From Adineta vaga (Eukaryota; Animalia; Rotifera): a stretch of 64,000 bases of DNA. The notes below the pieces were generated by a model, which made no database searches, was not told the origin of the DNA, and saw nothing but the letters and a program-made list of their open reading frames with translations. The position numbers and the translations under genes were made by a program. Positions 41,436-54,565 of the stretch are shown here, in pieces. The stretch covers positions 11,408,001-11,472,000 of the forward strand of contig CP075497.1 in assembly GCA_021613535.1 (NCBI GenBank), read 5' to 3'. The number at the start of each line of letters is the position of its first letter. The stretch's first letter is position 1.

Positions 41436-42014
41436 TTATTGTTTAAGTTTATCTTTGATATATTGTTGTTGTTTCCAAGTTAATTCTTTTCGTTTTTCCC
41501 ATTCTTGAAATTGTTCAAAAGTTCCATAACCAGCTAAAAAACCATTTAATTTAGTGATCATCTGTTTATCTTTACTTTCCCAATCTTCTTTACAACCAAA
41601 TATATCGGTTTCCATCATAGTTCGCTTGAAATTGTATTTCTGATGACGTTCTTCTGCTAAATGAAATTCTTTCAGCAATTCTATACGAACATTCTCGATA
41701 TTCAATTGACAAATTTGTTGATATTGTTCATGATTGTGATAAAAAACAGCAGCGGCATATTGACTACGGGTTTTGACAGTATTTGGCACATGCCATTGAT
41801 TAAAACAGGAAAGTAATTCATGAAAAGAGATCCGAGATGAATCGAATTCAATTTGTATACTCTCTGTATAATCACCAATAGAATGATACGTCGGTTTTGC
41901 TGGATGAGTACCACCACAATAACCGACTTGAGTGATTAAAACTCCATCTAAGATGCCGAATCGAGCATCGGGATCCCAAAAACAACCGAGAGCAAATGTA
42001 GTCGTTTCTATCAT
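41436..42014 (-). CDS. msrA: Peptide methionine sulfoxide reductase A, intronless
   Basis: GCFW active site, VGY.GG, GDYTE, AEERHQKY, KLNGF. Confidence 0.92.
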   Translation of the reverse strand: MIETTTFALGCFWDPDARFGILDGVLITQVGYCGGTHPAKPTYHSIGDYTESIQIEFDSSRISFHELLSCFNQWHVPNTVKTRSQYAAAVFYHNHEQYQQICQLNIENVRIELLKEFHLAEERHQKYNFKRTMMETDIFGCKEDWESKDKQMITKLNGFLAGYGTFEQFQEWEKRKELTWKQQQYIKDKLKQ

Positions 42015-42203
42015 CAACTTTTCTATTTCATTACAATCATCTTAAAATGAAATAGTTTTCATCATATTGTTATACGTAAAGAAAGTGCAATATGCTCCAC
42101 TCATTCTACTTTACAAATCGAAATGAAATATGCTATTCTTTATTTTTGAAAAAGCAACACATACATATGAGAACAACTGATATAAAACTTGTAACATAGA
42201 ACT

Positions 42204-42755
42204 TCACAAAACTTCTCGTTTTAATGAAATCGGTGCTTGACTATCGCCTGATCGATATCTTAAATCAATATCTTTATTTCGTGATTTTGTTGTTCGATCA
42301 ACTCGTCTTAATAATCCAACTAATTGTGCATCCGCTTCTAATAATGATATATGTCTTGATGCACCTAAGAATCTTGCAGCCATTTCCCAAGATTGTAAAC
42401 GTATTGATACTACTGCACCTATTGTATATAGATCGCGTTGTTTTGTTTGTGGTCGTTGAACAATAGCATGAAATTTACCACCAAAATCGACATATAAATC
42501 ATCATCAACAGCATCAACAATACGTCCACTCACTATACGTCCTTTTAAATCACCTAATTGAACAAATTTTGATTGACGAAACATTTTTGCAAATGTCATT
42601 GGTTTCGTTGATGATGATGTTTGTTGACTCGAAGGAGTATTTTCCCGAACATATTCTTCATCAATATATGTATTTGCTAAACGAATTGGAAGATAAGTCG
42701 ATGATGAAAGAACAGGTGATGAAATGAATAGACGAGATGCTAAACGAAGTAACAT
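42204..42755 (-). CDS. MRPS28: Mitochondrial ribosomal protein S28 (bS1m), intronless
   Basis: Presequence-like N-terminus; FAKMFRQSKFVQLG, DDLYVDFGGKFH, LLEADA. Confidence 0.92.
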   Translation of the reverse strand: MLLRLASRLFISSPVLSSSTYLPIRLANTYIDEEYVRENTPSSQQTSSSTKPMTFAKMFRQSKFVQLGDLKGRIVSGRIVDAVDDDLYVDFGGKFHAIVQRPQTKQRDLYTIGAVVSIRLQSWEMAARFLGASRHISLLEADAQLVGLLRRVDRTTKSRNKDIDLRYRSGDSQAPISLKREVL

Positions 42756-42892
42756 TCTCAATTATCTAGAACAAAATTCATTTGTTAATACTTTCTAAAC
42801 GTGCACTGATTACATTTCTCTTCAAGTCCTGAATATTTTGAACTAACCTTAAAGTTAGTTTTATAAATGTTTAAACAAAAACAGATGCAGAA

Positions 42893-43612
42893 TTATGAAA
42901 CAAGACTTTGTGTAAAAAGTGCTTTCAATTGATTAATATTCATTTTATTTTTTGCTCTTTCTAAGAATATCTTTCTCAAAGCAATCATTGTTCGTGTAGT
43001 TGTTGCTTTGATCCACACACGTCCATTAGCTCCAATTGCTATTTCATACGGAATTTCATTTCCTAATTCTTTGAGAAGATTATCATGTTCTATTAAATCA
43101 TTCGCTGCATCAATCGGTAGATCGAAGAGATATCCATTTTCATGTAAGACACCCATTCCATCAGCTTTACCATCTTCATTTACACAGACAATTTGTGGTT
43201 GACATTCACCATCAATTTTTAATCGACCATAAATAACATCACCACGATCCACATTCGGTTTTGTACGTTTTGTTGAACCTTCAAAATCGTACAAAGACAA
43301 TGACGCTAATTCATTATAACCAATATCAACAAGTAACGATTCAATTTGTCGACGTACAACAATACCAAGAACAAGATCATCTGTCGAAAGTGTTGATGCA
43401 CTAGGTCGATGACCATCAACATAATAAGTTAATGATGATGGTTCACGTATATGACCACAGGAATGTGACGTAAATGCACCTGTATCTTTATCATAATGTA
43501 AACCAGGACCAAGTGTTATTGCATTTGAAGAATCAAGTGGACTAGGTAAGGATGAAAGTGCAATTGTATCGCCTGGTAAAACAAATTCATCGATTTGACG
43601 TTCAATATCCAT
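42893..43612 (-). CDS. EXOSC3: Exosome component RRP40, intronless
   Basis: VLPGD, LGPGL, FEGSTKRTKP, EIAIGANGRVWIKA. Confidence 0.92.
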   Translation of the reverse strand: MDIERQIDEFVLPGDTIALSSLPSPLDSSNAITLGPGLHYDKDTGAFTSHSCGHIREPSSLTYYVDGHRPSASTLSTDDLVLGIVVRRQIESLLVDIGYNELASLSLYDFEGSTKRTKPNVDRGDVIYGRLKIDGECQPQIVCVNEDGKADGMGVLHENGYLFDLPIDAANDLIEHDNLLKELGNEIPYEIAIGANGRVWIKATTTRTMIALRKIFLERAKNKMNINQLKALFTQSLVS

Positions 43613-43814
43613 CTGAAGTGATCGAAAGAAAGATCTTATTAATGTTCGATGATATATTTTTGATAAGAAACAAAAATTACGAAACAGAAAATGAAGAAGA
43701 AAGAAAAACAAAGAAATGATTTTCAATGTTTCGTTTTTTTGCACATTATATTGAAACAAAAACAGAAAAGAAAACAAATAATATGATCTCAAGATTATAT
43801 ATAGTTTCTTGAAA

Positions 43815-46800
43815 TTAAAGTAACATTTCATTGGGTGCATCAAGATCTTCATAACTTTTCATTTGTCGATTCATTCTAAATATCAAAGAAGTTATTTTTT
43901 TTAATTTTCTATCGGATAAGAAACAAACGCAAAAACAAAAACGGAAATGATTTCTTATCTTACGCAGGAGATATTAACATATCGATTGGAATATTTCTAG
44001 ATCGATGGTTAGAAAATGGACAAGAGTGAAAAAAAACACGTTCACTTACGATGCTCGATGCATTGGACCACCAGTATTTTGATACAAAAATGGTGGTCGT
44101 GGATGGCGTGGTTGATGAAATTGATTATAATAAGGATTTGGTCCAGACACTAAAATCAAGTGAAAAAGAAATTGTTGAACTAATTTAGATTTGTTTTGTA
44201 ATATACTTGATGGCCACATATGTGGTCGATTAAATAAACCTTGTCCACCCATTCCTGGTGTAGGTAATGGTAATCCAGATGGATGTGAACCAGTAGGTGT
44301 TGCACCTGGTCGTGTGGAAGGATGTTCTGGTAATTGTGGTCGTTTTGGATCATATAAATAATTATTAAAATAAACAACCTAAATAAAAGAAAATATTGTT
44401 TTATTCTTCTTCTTCTTCTTCTTCTTCTATTTTCAATATAAAATCTTACATTTTTTTTAGCTTCATCAATTTTATCTTGATGTTTATTTAAGATATGTTT
44501 TCGAACAAATTCTGGACCTTTAAATTTCTTTCCACTTAACGGACATGACCATTTATCTTTCCCAACTTCTTGACAATTTGCTTTCATAAATTTCTCAACT
44601 TCTTCCTCTTCATTTCTTAGACCTAATTTCATCGCTTCATCATCATCGATTTTTTCATGAAAATCAATCAATGGTTTTAAACGTGATTCAAATTGTTGCA
44701 TAAAATTTGTCAATTCCGATTCAGTTATCGATGATAATGGTGTACCACGAACGTGTATGACACCACAACGATTCGGCATTGCATCTTCTTGAGCATATTC
44801 AGTTCCATTGTAATAATCAATCGAATGAACAACACGTAAATAGAGAATCAAACGATCAAGTACCTTTGAAAAAAGGATTGAAATGAAAATTTGAAAAGAT
44901 AGTTTTTCTTCTTTACTTTAGTTAATTCTTTGTCCATTTCAAATGTATTTGTTTCATTTGGTTGATTTGTTGAATCGCCAAGTAATTCTTCTTCTTCAGC
45001 ATCGGCTTCTTCAACTAAATATTCAGTTATGTTTTTTAATAATGGATTTTGACTAACAAAACCAATCGGTTTTTTATTTTTCATTGATGAAATAACCATT
45101 GCTGCGGTTGAAGAAGAGATTTCTGAATCATCTGTTGCTGTTACTTCCGTTTTCTTTTCATTATTTTCATTATTTAATGATGACCAAAGATTCCATCGAT
45201 CATCTAATTGTTGAATTATTTTCGATATTAATCGAAGATCATTTCGTACGATTGTTTTATGTTGACCAATACCATTGATCGTACGAATACGATTTTTTAA
45301 ATCTCGATTAACAATAGCACCTACATCTACATCATGTAACTAAATGAACGGAAAAGAAGAAATCGTCAATTTTAATTGATAGTAGAAATTCAAAATGACA
45401 AACTTTATTTGCATTAAGTTCGTAACAAATATTACGAATTTGAACAGAATGATCGAATGTAACCCAGCCTCGACGGGAAAATTTTCGTTCTGGTGCCGGA
45501 TCAGTAATACATACACGACGAAAACCAGAATAGTTCTTACAGATCTAAATTATTTGAAGTTTATCCTTTTTTATGATGCAAGAAAATGACATCTCTCACG
45601 TTTTCTAAATCTTCTTTCGTTGTTTGCATTGCCAAATGACGAAAGAATATTGATAATGTACGATGTAATGCACGTGGTGCATCGGGAACTTCGCCAGCTT
45701 CACGTTCTGTATCTTCTGAAGATGTTTGTTTTTCATCATTTCCTTTTGATTCCACTAAAAACAAAAGAAAATCTTATAATTCATCCAAAAGATCTCTATC
45801 TCTCACAAGTTGTAGATCCATTTTCAATTTTCTTATTTGATTCTTCACCTTCTTCTGATCCATCACTTTTTCCATTTGTTTTCTTCACTACACTTTCTTC
45901 ATCTTCTTCATTGACACCATCCGATACTGCTCCATCATCCGATACACTACCTTCTCGTTTTCGCTATGAAAAGAAAAAGCAACCGAAAACATAACTTTCC
46001 CAATGCAACACTTTCCTCATACTTTCGTTTCTGTTGACTTTTTCCCATTATTCGAGATTACCGTTGTTGTACTATCGCTTTTTTCAGGTTCATTTATATT
46101 TGATGTAGGTTTAGATGGATCTTCATCACCATCATCATTGTCCAAATTTATGTTACTAGATGATGCTGTACTATCAAGTGCAGAAAGATCTTGATGATTT
46201 CCACCTTCTAATTTAATCACAACTAGAAGAAATCAGTTTTATAAGTATTGTTTGATATAAGTAGATTTTTGTCTTACCAGCATCTAGAAATCTTGTTAAT
46301 GTACGTTGACTTTCTAGATTAACACTAACATCATCCAAGTAGCCTTTTTGATATAATTCCATGAATATATCCAAACGCTTTTTAATAATTTCTCGTTGTT
46401 CTTCACGACGTTTAGGATATTCATCTGGATAATATTTATGTTTAAGCCTAATAAGAAAGAAAACAATAATACAATTCTTCAAAATGAAAATTTCTCGAAC
46501 TTAAAAATCTATTTGAGACAAGAATTTATACACTTACGGGTCTTCTCAAAGATGAATTATTGTCATCCATTATATCTTGTAAACGTACGCGCAAGAAAGA
46601 AGAAAGAGAGAGAGAGAGTGAAAAAAGAGAAATTAACGATGAATAATAGCGAATACGAAAACGAATTGGTTTATGGAAAAAACCGAACTGATTCGTTTTT
46701 TAGATCAATTTTTTTTAGAAAAGAATTAGATTCTCGATTTGTTAACCGAAAGAATCTGTTCGCAGCGCAGTGAAAATATTTAGATTTAGATTGATATAAA

Positions 46801-47751
46801 TAATTGAGTGAAGTAGATGAATGAATGATTTTCACTAGAAGAAGAATAGATGAGCTATCTTCGTTGAAATAAAAATAAAAAGAGAAAACTAAAGAAAAAT
46901 TTTACGAACCAATCTTCATCTTTATGTGCATTGAAAAATTCAGCAATTTGAGTTTTTCTAAAATCATTTTTATAATCATTGTAACGTTTAACTGCTTCTT
47001 CTTGATCAATATTATCATCTTGTTCTTGTAGGAAATGTTTAAAACTATACATCGGAGGTTGTGTAGCACCATCCGATGTGTCTCTACAAACAATTAAATG
47101 AAAATCGTATTTAAATAAGAATCGATCTTCTTACTTATTAAATTGATCTTGAGTTGGAGGAACATTTTGTGGAAAATTCGGATGAAAGCCTCCACCGCCG
47201 CCACCACCACCACCATGAAAATGAGATGGTGGTTGATCCGGACCATCCCTAGAAGAAAAAGAAAATGATTGTAAATTTAAAAAAGTAAGATATGAAGAAG
47301 TGTTATACCAATCGCGACGAACACGTTTATGATGTGGTGGACTCATATCGTATCGTGGAGGACTGCGATTGAATCGTGATGGAAAATCACGTCCTGGAGG
47401 TGGTCCTCCATTGCCTGAATATTGTCTTCGATATTGATTAGATCGATCTCTGAAATAGAAAAGATTGTTCGAACTATTGTATAAAATAATGAAACAAATA
47501 GAAAATATTGGCAAATATCTTAGCAATGACATACTCTTCATCATAGTTTATATGAATATGACTGAAATACGAAAGATATGTTTTTCGTCTCGCAAGAGAA
47601 ACCTCAATTTCTTATCTTACCTTCCGTCATTCCATTCGCCACCACCACCACGATTGTGACTACCACGATTTCCACCAAAATCTTCACGTTCACGACGAAA
47701 TTTATCTCGATGATTTCGTCGATTATCAAAATCATCATCACTATCACCCAT
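43815..47751 (-). CDS. SRRT: Serrate/ARS2 RNA effector (multi-exon)
   Basis: [59 protein letters not shown], terminal YEDLDAP. Confidence 0.95.
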
Positions 47752-48645
47752 TTTTGATTTCTTGAATCTAAAAATTGCAATATTAAATATCAAACAAATC
47801 ATATGTGTCTCTATATTCTGAGATATTTCGCAATTTTCTTTGACAAGAAAAACGAAACAATGATTTACAGACAAAACTATCAAATCAACTTAATTCGTTA
47901 GTAGATCATTATACTTAAAAAGATATTCCTTTCCTTTTCTTGGTTTACTCGTCGTCCTCCAATCATATGTATATATCGACAGAACTTCATCAACTGTCGA
48001 CCTCTATCGAACATCGTTTAATCCACACAGAAAAATCAATAATTTCTTGTCTTTTATAGTTTTTTTAATTAATTTTTCTTGCATCATATTTGATATATTA
48101 ACAGAATTGATGCACAACTACTAGATCTAACATTCACTTTGTTCAACAGGTAAGACATAAAGGAATAATTTGTATTATTTTGCTATTTTAGAGATTGATG
48201 ATTGGGAATATTCTAAAAGATACAACTGAGACTTACTGATTACATTCTAATAGTCAATTTATCTTCCCAATATCGCTTGTAGATAATTTTGAATTCAATG
48301 TTTCTGAAAATGTTTTCGTTTTTGGGAAGATTAGCGATGAATAGTATATAGTCTTCTATGATAATAATTTTTTGCTATAATTATTAGAAGATATTATAAT
48401 TTATTCCAACAATATGATAACCATACATAATTTCTAATATTCTCTAAAAAAGCAGCGAAAGATTCAAATTAGTTAAAAATGTTCAATAAAAATGGTTCAA
48501 CATCTTACGACCTCTTTTCTTTCACTCATTCATTTCTCTCATCGAATCCGAACATATCCAAGACATCGTACAGATCTGATGGCTGATGCCTCTTCTTTTA
48601 TGCATACCATCCGCTTTCTTCTATTCAACCTAAATCTTCCTATTC

Positions 48646-50011
48646 ATGGCTTACTGTTTAGTATTTGTGAACACTAATACTTGTCATCCATTACTCATTC
48701 GTTCAACAAGCATTCTTGAACGAAATGAACATACTCCTGAAATGATTCTCAATTTATTAGAACGTCCTTCAGATAATCAAATTCCATTAGCTTTAATTGG
48801 TATTTTAACAAGTTCCTATACATTTTCGACGAAATTCGGTATCCAACTTCGTTCATGTCATACTGATGATTGTCGAATTCATTTTTATGAATATAATGAA
48901 CATCTATTAATGTGTTTGTTAGAACCTACAGAATTAGACATACCAAATCAATGTACACAATATAAATTAGTTTTATTACGAACATTATTTAATATGATTA
49001 TAGGATATGAATATATTGATCAAAAAAGTCAAACAAATTCACAAAAATTAGAAAATGATTTGCATTTAGTGAAATTCTATGTTGATACTATTTTGAATGA
49101 TGAACGAACATTTTCTTTCGGAGATTTAACTCAATGCGCTGATACACTTTGCGGATTTGATCGACAGTAAGTTTTTTTTCAAACGACTTTCTCATTGAAC
49201 TAAACTTCTATTTCCTTTTTCGTTTAGTACAATGTATGCATGTTTAAAATCAATTTCTGATCATTGCAAATGTGATCATGTTTGTATAACATTATCCAAT
49301 CGTATAATTGCATCCAGTGTTGGATGGTCTCGATTAACTCAAGCTGAACAATATATCTTAACACTTTTAATTAGTTTAAATGATTATTCGAATGATATTT
49401 TACCAACAATTCGTGATATGCCTGTCTATTTAGATTCTATTGATCGTTCACGAAATTATCGTTTACTTTCTGTTCGCTTATTTGGACAAATTTATATTTC
49501 AATTCTTTGTTCATCAACACCAAAAATGAGTGAATTCGAAAGTATTGTTGAAAAATATACTCATCCTCATATTGAACATATTCAAAATCTAAATAGTCTT
49601 CTCTATCCACGATCGTTCAATGAAAATATACTCTTTGATCATAATATTCATGCATTGTTATACATCAATCATCAAACACATTTCTGTGTAAGTACATTAG
49701 AACCGACGAAACAAAATTTGCCGATATCAATGTCGATTAAAAAACATCGTTATGGAATTTTAAGAGACTTTTATATGGAAATAATTCGAATGGATAAAGA
49801 AAAAATGTTACCCTATGATAATTCCAAGAATGAGATTCAAATGAATGAAATGTATTTCTTAAATACAGATGATTCAAGTGAACATAAATGTTATTTTCTT
49901 CGTGAACAAGAATTTTTTCAATTATATATTTTATTCGATGGAAATATTCCAAATATTGCAATGCGAGGAATTGCTAAGAAAACATTGTTAATTCTTCGAA
50001 AAAATTTGTAA
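48646..50011 (+). CDS. FUZ: Fuzzy planar-cell-polarity effector (2 exons)
   Basis: PL.LIG.L, GDLTQC.D, GWSRL, RDMPVYL..YRLL blocks resemble the Fuzzy tri-longin protein. Confidence 0.75.
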
Positions 50012-50087
50012 AATTTTCTTTTAATAATTAGAATTGTATTCATCTTTTGGTAGAATCTTATTTAGATATAAATATTTTAGATAAAAC

Positions 50088-50429
50088 ATGACTTCAATAG
50101 AAATTGAAAATCATTCGACGAAAAGTGTACCGATTTATAATGCTTCATCATCTCATGAACATTCACATTCGTGTAACGATCCATCTCATCATCATCATCC
50201 ATCGTTTTATGATTATAATAGTGAACAATTAGCAGCAATGGCAGCGAAAAATGAAATGTTAATGAAACGAAAAGCGAAAAAGACTCAAAATCAAGGTGTT
50301 ACACGTGCGGAAATGATTCCTGGTCATCGAGGTGATAATAGCATCGATGATTTACTTAATTTCATCAATGGACCTTCAACAACAAATCAAAATAATAGAA
50401 ATCCGAAATCCAAAAAGAACAACAAATAA
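50088..50429 (+). CDS. Unknown 113-aa protein with a His-rich segment
   Basis: Intronless ORF, AG acceptor just upstream of the ATG, protein-like composition (IPGHRGDNSIDDLLNFING). Confidence 0.65.
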   Translation: MTSIEIENHSTKSVPIYNASSSHEHSHSCNDPSHHHHPSFYDYNSEQLAAMAAKNEMLMKRKAKKTQNQGVTRAEMIPGHRGDNSIDDLLNFINGPSTTNQNNRNPKSKKNNK

Positions 50430-50793
50430 CTTCATCATTTTTTTGTACTCACTTTGTTAACAAATTCTCATTTACATGATCAATTTTAGTAGTAGAGAAA
50501 ATATTTCTTCGAAAATCTATCTTTTTATTCTTGTCTCTAGGAGATATCATCTTAAAATCAAAAAGCAAAAGTTCACACTTATCCAGAACCACTTTAAAAC
50601 AAGTTGATTTAAAACAAAAACAAACAATAAAACTACACGTTACAAAAAGTCTAGCAAATCATAATCATATTACAGAATAAATAATATAACAAAGTAAATA
50701 ATAAATACATATGGAATAGTTTAGTTGACAGAGAAGATACTGGAAATAGGTTATAGCATAATAAATTGATCAGAAAATGTTTTGGCGTTATCT

Positions 50794-51594
50794 TTAACTT
50801 AAAAATTTCATGCTCATCTTATCATCAGCATCAATACGTTCAAGAGTTTTACAAAATTCTTCAAATGTTATCGATTTATCACCATCGCTATCCTAAAAGA
50901 ATACGTAACATAGACAAATGTTCATTCTTTTCTATGATTAACTTACTAATTCGCCGATTGTATGATCAGCAATAGTGGCTATTTGATCATCATGAATGTT
51001 TCCTCCGACCATCATTTTTAAAACTTCTAATAATTCAGTTCGATCTATTTTCATATCATGATTTCTATCATACATCTAAATAAAAGCGAATTTTTAATAT
51101 TCAACGGATTTCATTTCATTAAAAATTACATACATCAAAGAGAAATTTTAATTTACTGTCACGTGTATTAAATTCTGTTGCTGTTGCTTTGACTTTTCCT
51201 TGACGAAATTTTGCAAGTAAGAATATAAATTGTTTAAAATTGATCTTATTATTTTCACCATAATCATCCATGATAACATCAATTAACCGTTCACCTAAGG
51301 GATTAATGTTGACCTAGTAGAAAGAAATAGATGAAAAACAATGAGTTGTTTTTTAGAAAAAAAATTACTTCTGGAATGCATAAAAGATCTTCACGTGTCA
51401 AAAATCCACAATCACGTTTATCCAATGTTTTAAAACGACTATAAAGACGTTGAACTTGCTTCGCTGTAAAACCTATTTATAGATAATTTATAGAATATTT
51501 TCTTTTATCTTTCAAATTATATTAATAAACCTGTTTGTTGACAAATATTTTGTATATCTTCTTGTTGAAGCATGATACTTGCATTGGATCCCAT
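50794..51594 (-). CDS. CHP1: Calcineurin B homologous protein (multi-exon, missed by the ORF track)
   Basis: MGSNAS myristoylation start, TGF..QVQRLYSRF..LDK, INPLGER, KFLF..YD, LKMMVG, ITFEEF, KMSMKF. Confidence 0.9.
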
Positions 51595-52013
51595 AGTGAA
51601 CGTGCCTACTAATCTAGAACAAGAAAACATTCTCAAATAAAAACTTCGATTGGAACCTTTTTTTCTCTCTCACTATATAAGTGTCAAATATCGATCTATT
51701 TTGATTAGAGATGATTCAATTTATCGTTAAAAACGATTCTATTAAGATATTCTTAAGTATTCTTTTCTTTGTTAAATGTTGTTATTAAGCATAGTGGCAT
51801 GAAAAAGTCATTAAAGGTTTTGATCATTAACAAGAAAAACTGTCAGAAGAGTAACAATAACAACAACAACAACGAGTAACAACGGGTTGAATATAAAAAA
51901 AAAACGAAACGCTCGGCGATGAAGAGAGGAAAAAACATGGTTCTAAACACACACACTGAAAAATCACACATGCACACTTGAAGTTTAATGTCATCCTCTT
52001 ATTGATCATTGAA

Positions 52014-54157
52014 TTATTCTTCTGATTCGCCGGGTAAACGAATATCATCAATTTTAAGAATCATTCGAACTAGTTGTGTTGCCAAACTAATTTGTTGACG
52101 TTTACCAATAAGTGTTTCAATAACTGATTGAGATTTCATATCTAAATCATTCAGAAGAGAATGAATAACGATCAAAATCAAATAGTAAACTTACCAGTTG
52201 TTCCTGTGTTAAGACAATCGACACCTAATCGTGGATTATTCTGTGCAATTTGTTGGGATTTAACATCAGATACTGTTTTAAGTGGTGAATAACCACTATT
52301 TTCAGCCAATGCTAATGGAACAGATTCAAGTGCATCAGCAAAAGCACGAATAGCATATTGTTCAATGGTTGGTATCTAATCGAGAGAAAAACATTCCCCT
52401 TAGATCTAAATTTTCGTCTTCATACCTTATTAGCTTCCTTGGCAACTTCGATAGCGCAGGCAATTTCACAAGCACCACCACCATAAACAATTCGATTATC
52501 ACGAACAAGATTTCTAACAACACATAATGCATCATGTAAAGCACGTTTCGCTTCTTCAACAACCTGAATAAAGCAACATTTACATTATGATACCATATTT
52601 CTCAAAAAACAAAGAAATAAACATTACCATTTTATTTCCACCTCGAACAAAGATCGTACAAGTATTGGATTTCTTACATTCTTCAATACATAACATATGG
52701 TCACCTGTTGTGCCGAAATCTAATTCTCGAACACGTCCAGCAAAACCTAATTTTTCAGCTGTAAGTTCTTGAAATCGTGGAACAATACGACCACCCGTAG
52801 CAATAGCAATCAATTCAATTTCTGGTCCACCAACCCAACGAACAGCAGGTAAAGCATTTGAAAGAAGTAAATGATTTGCTTCATCATCAAAACCCCATTG
52901 ACAAATAACTAAATTTGTACCTGAATCTTTGATCTTAATTGAAAATGAATTAAATTTATTTTCAAAACAAACCAAAGATCCTTTCTTGTAACTTACAGAT
53001 TTGATCATTTCGGTGAATTTTTCTTTTTCATATTCACGTAATTTATGATAATCATCAACTGTAGTAATATCTAATTTGTGTTTTGTTTTTGGTTTTGGTG
53101 GTTCAAATGGGCATGTTAAAATAGCAATTTTAGCATTAAGAACTTCCTAAAAATAATCCAATTCTATAGAGATACGAAAGAGATGAAGAGGCCAACACAA
53201 ACCTTTGGCATTTGAGGATGTGAAAATGTTTTGTCCACAACAACACCTTTGACTAAAAGCGTATCTTCTAATCGACCACCGACTTTACCTTGAACTTTAA
53301 TTAATTCAAAATTCACATCACGTCGTTCCATATCAGCAACGCTCATAATTGCATTGACAGCTATTTCAGCCATCTGACGTTGACATCGATTAATACTAGA
53401 ATCATAGAACATAGATTAGACATTAAACATTCGTTAATTTTACATTTTTGAACCGAGTGTAGTCATAGCAGTATTAATCAATGGATCAAGTTTTTTTAAA
53501 TCAAGTGGATAAGTTTCAGAAATTTTATCCAAATGTTCAAGTGCTATTTTAGCAGCCAATTCATAACCATCAGCAATACGAATTGGATGAATGCCTTTAT
53601 CGAGAAGAGCTTCAGCTTGTTCAAGTAATGCACCGGCCAAGACTATTTATCATAGAGAAAAAAGAAGGAGAGTATGATTATTTCGTAATTTAATTGAAGA
53701 ATATCATTTGCTTACCGACAACACCTGTTGTTCCATCACCAATTTCATCATCTTGAGATTTGGATAATTCAACAAGTAATTTTCCAATTTCATTCTCAAC
53801 ATGCATCATATTAAGAATAGTTGCACCATCATTCGTTATTGTAATATCACCATCGGGCGAGACCATGCATTTATCCATACCTTTACAAACGAAATGGTAA
53901 TAAAAATATTCGACGTAATTATTTGTTTCGTACCTCGTGGCCCCAATGATGTTTTGAGTGTATTAGCCACTGCTTTGGCGGCCAAAATATGAGACTAAAA
54001 TAGAAAAAAAATCCGATAGATATTTAATGATTCTTGAGAATGAAATATATACCTTGTGTGCTTCAATCCCAAATAGACGTTTTTTTGAATCTTGGCCTTT
54101 GAGGATAAGTACCGGGCGACCGAATTCATCGAAAGCAAGAGTTCCTACGGATGGCAT
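52014..54157 (-). CDS. CCT5: T-complex protein 1 epsilon (multi-exon)
   Basis: [45 protein letters not shown]. Confidence 0.97.
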
Positions 54158-54565
54158 TTTGATTGATCTAGATCGAGATTGTATGAAATGAATATACTAT
54201 ACGAGGATGACTGATTTGAAGAAAAAAGAAAAAAAACGTTTGCGATGAATATATGTATATCACCACGACTGCAGCATTTGTTTGTTTATTATATACTCTT
54301 TTGCGTTCTTCCATTAATGATTGGTTTATTATTTGATTATTAATTAAAACGTTTTTTTTCATCTAGTTACATTATTGAAAAAGAAATAGCCGAATCTTTC
54401 TTACTCTTAATCAAATTAGAGTGAATAAACTCTTGATTTTTAAAGTCATTTGTTTTCGTAGAGGTTCTTGCGTAGCAACATTCGTCTGATGGTTCTTAGA
54501 ACAGATGGCGTATTCGTTTCACATATTACGACGCTATTTGTCAAGTATTTGATTTATATTCAACA

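Noticed and set aside
41436-42014. MsrA as a horizontal transfer because it is intronless
   Set aside because: This MsrA subtype also occurs in other invertebrates, and neighbouring native genes are intronless too; it needs a phylogeny.
43613-43852. 80-aa N-terminal extension of RRP40 in the ORF track
   Set aside because: It is low-complexity intergenic sequence overlapping the last ARS2 exon; the family start and an AG acceptor point to ATG 43612.
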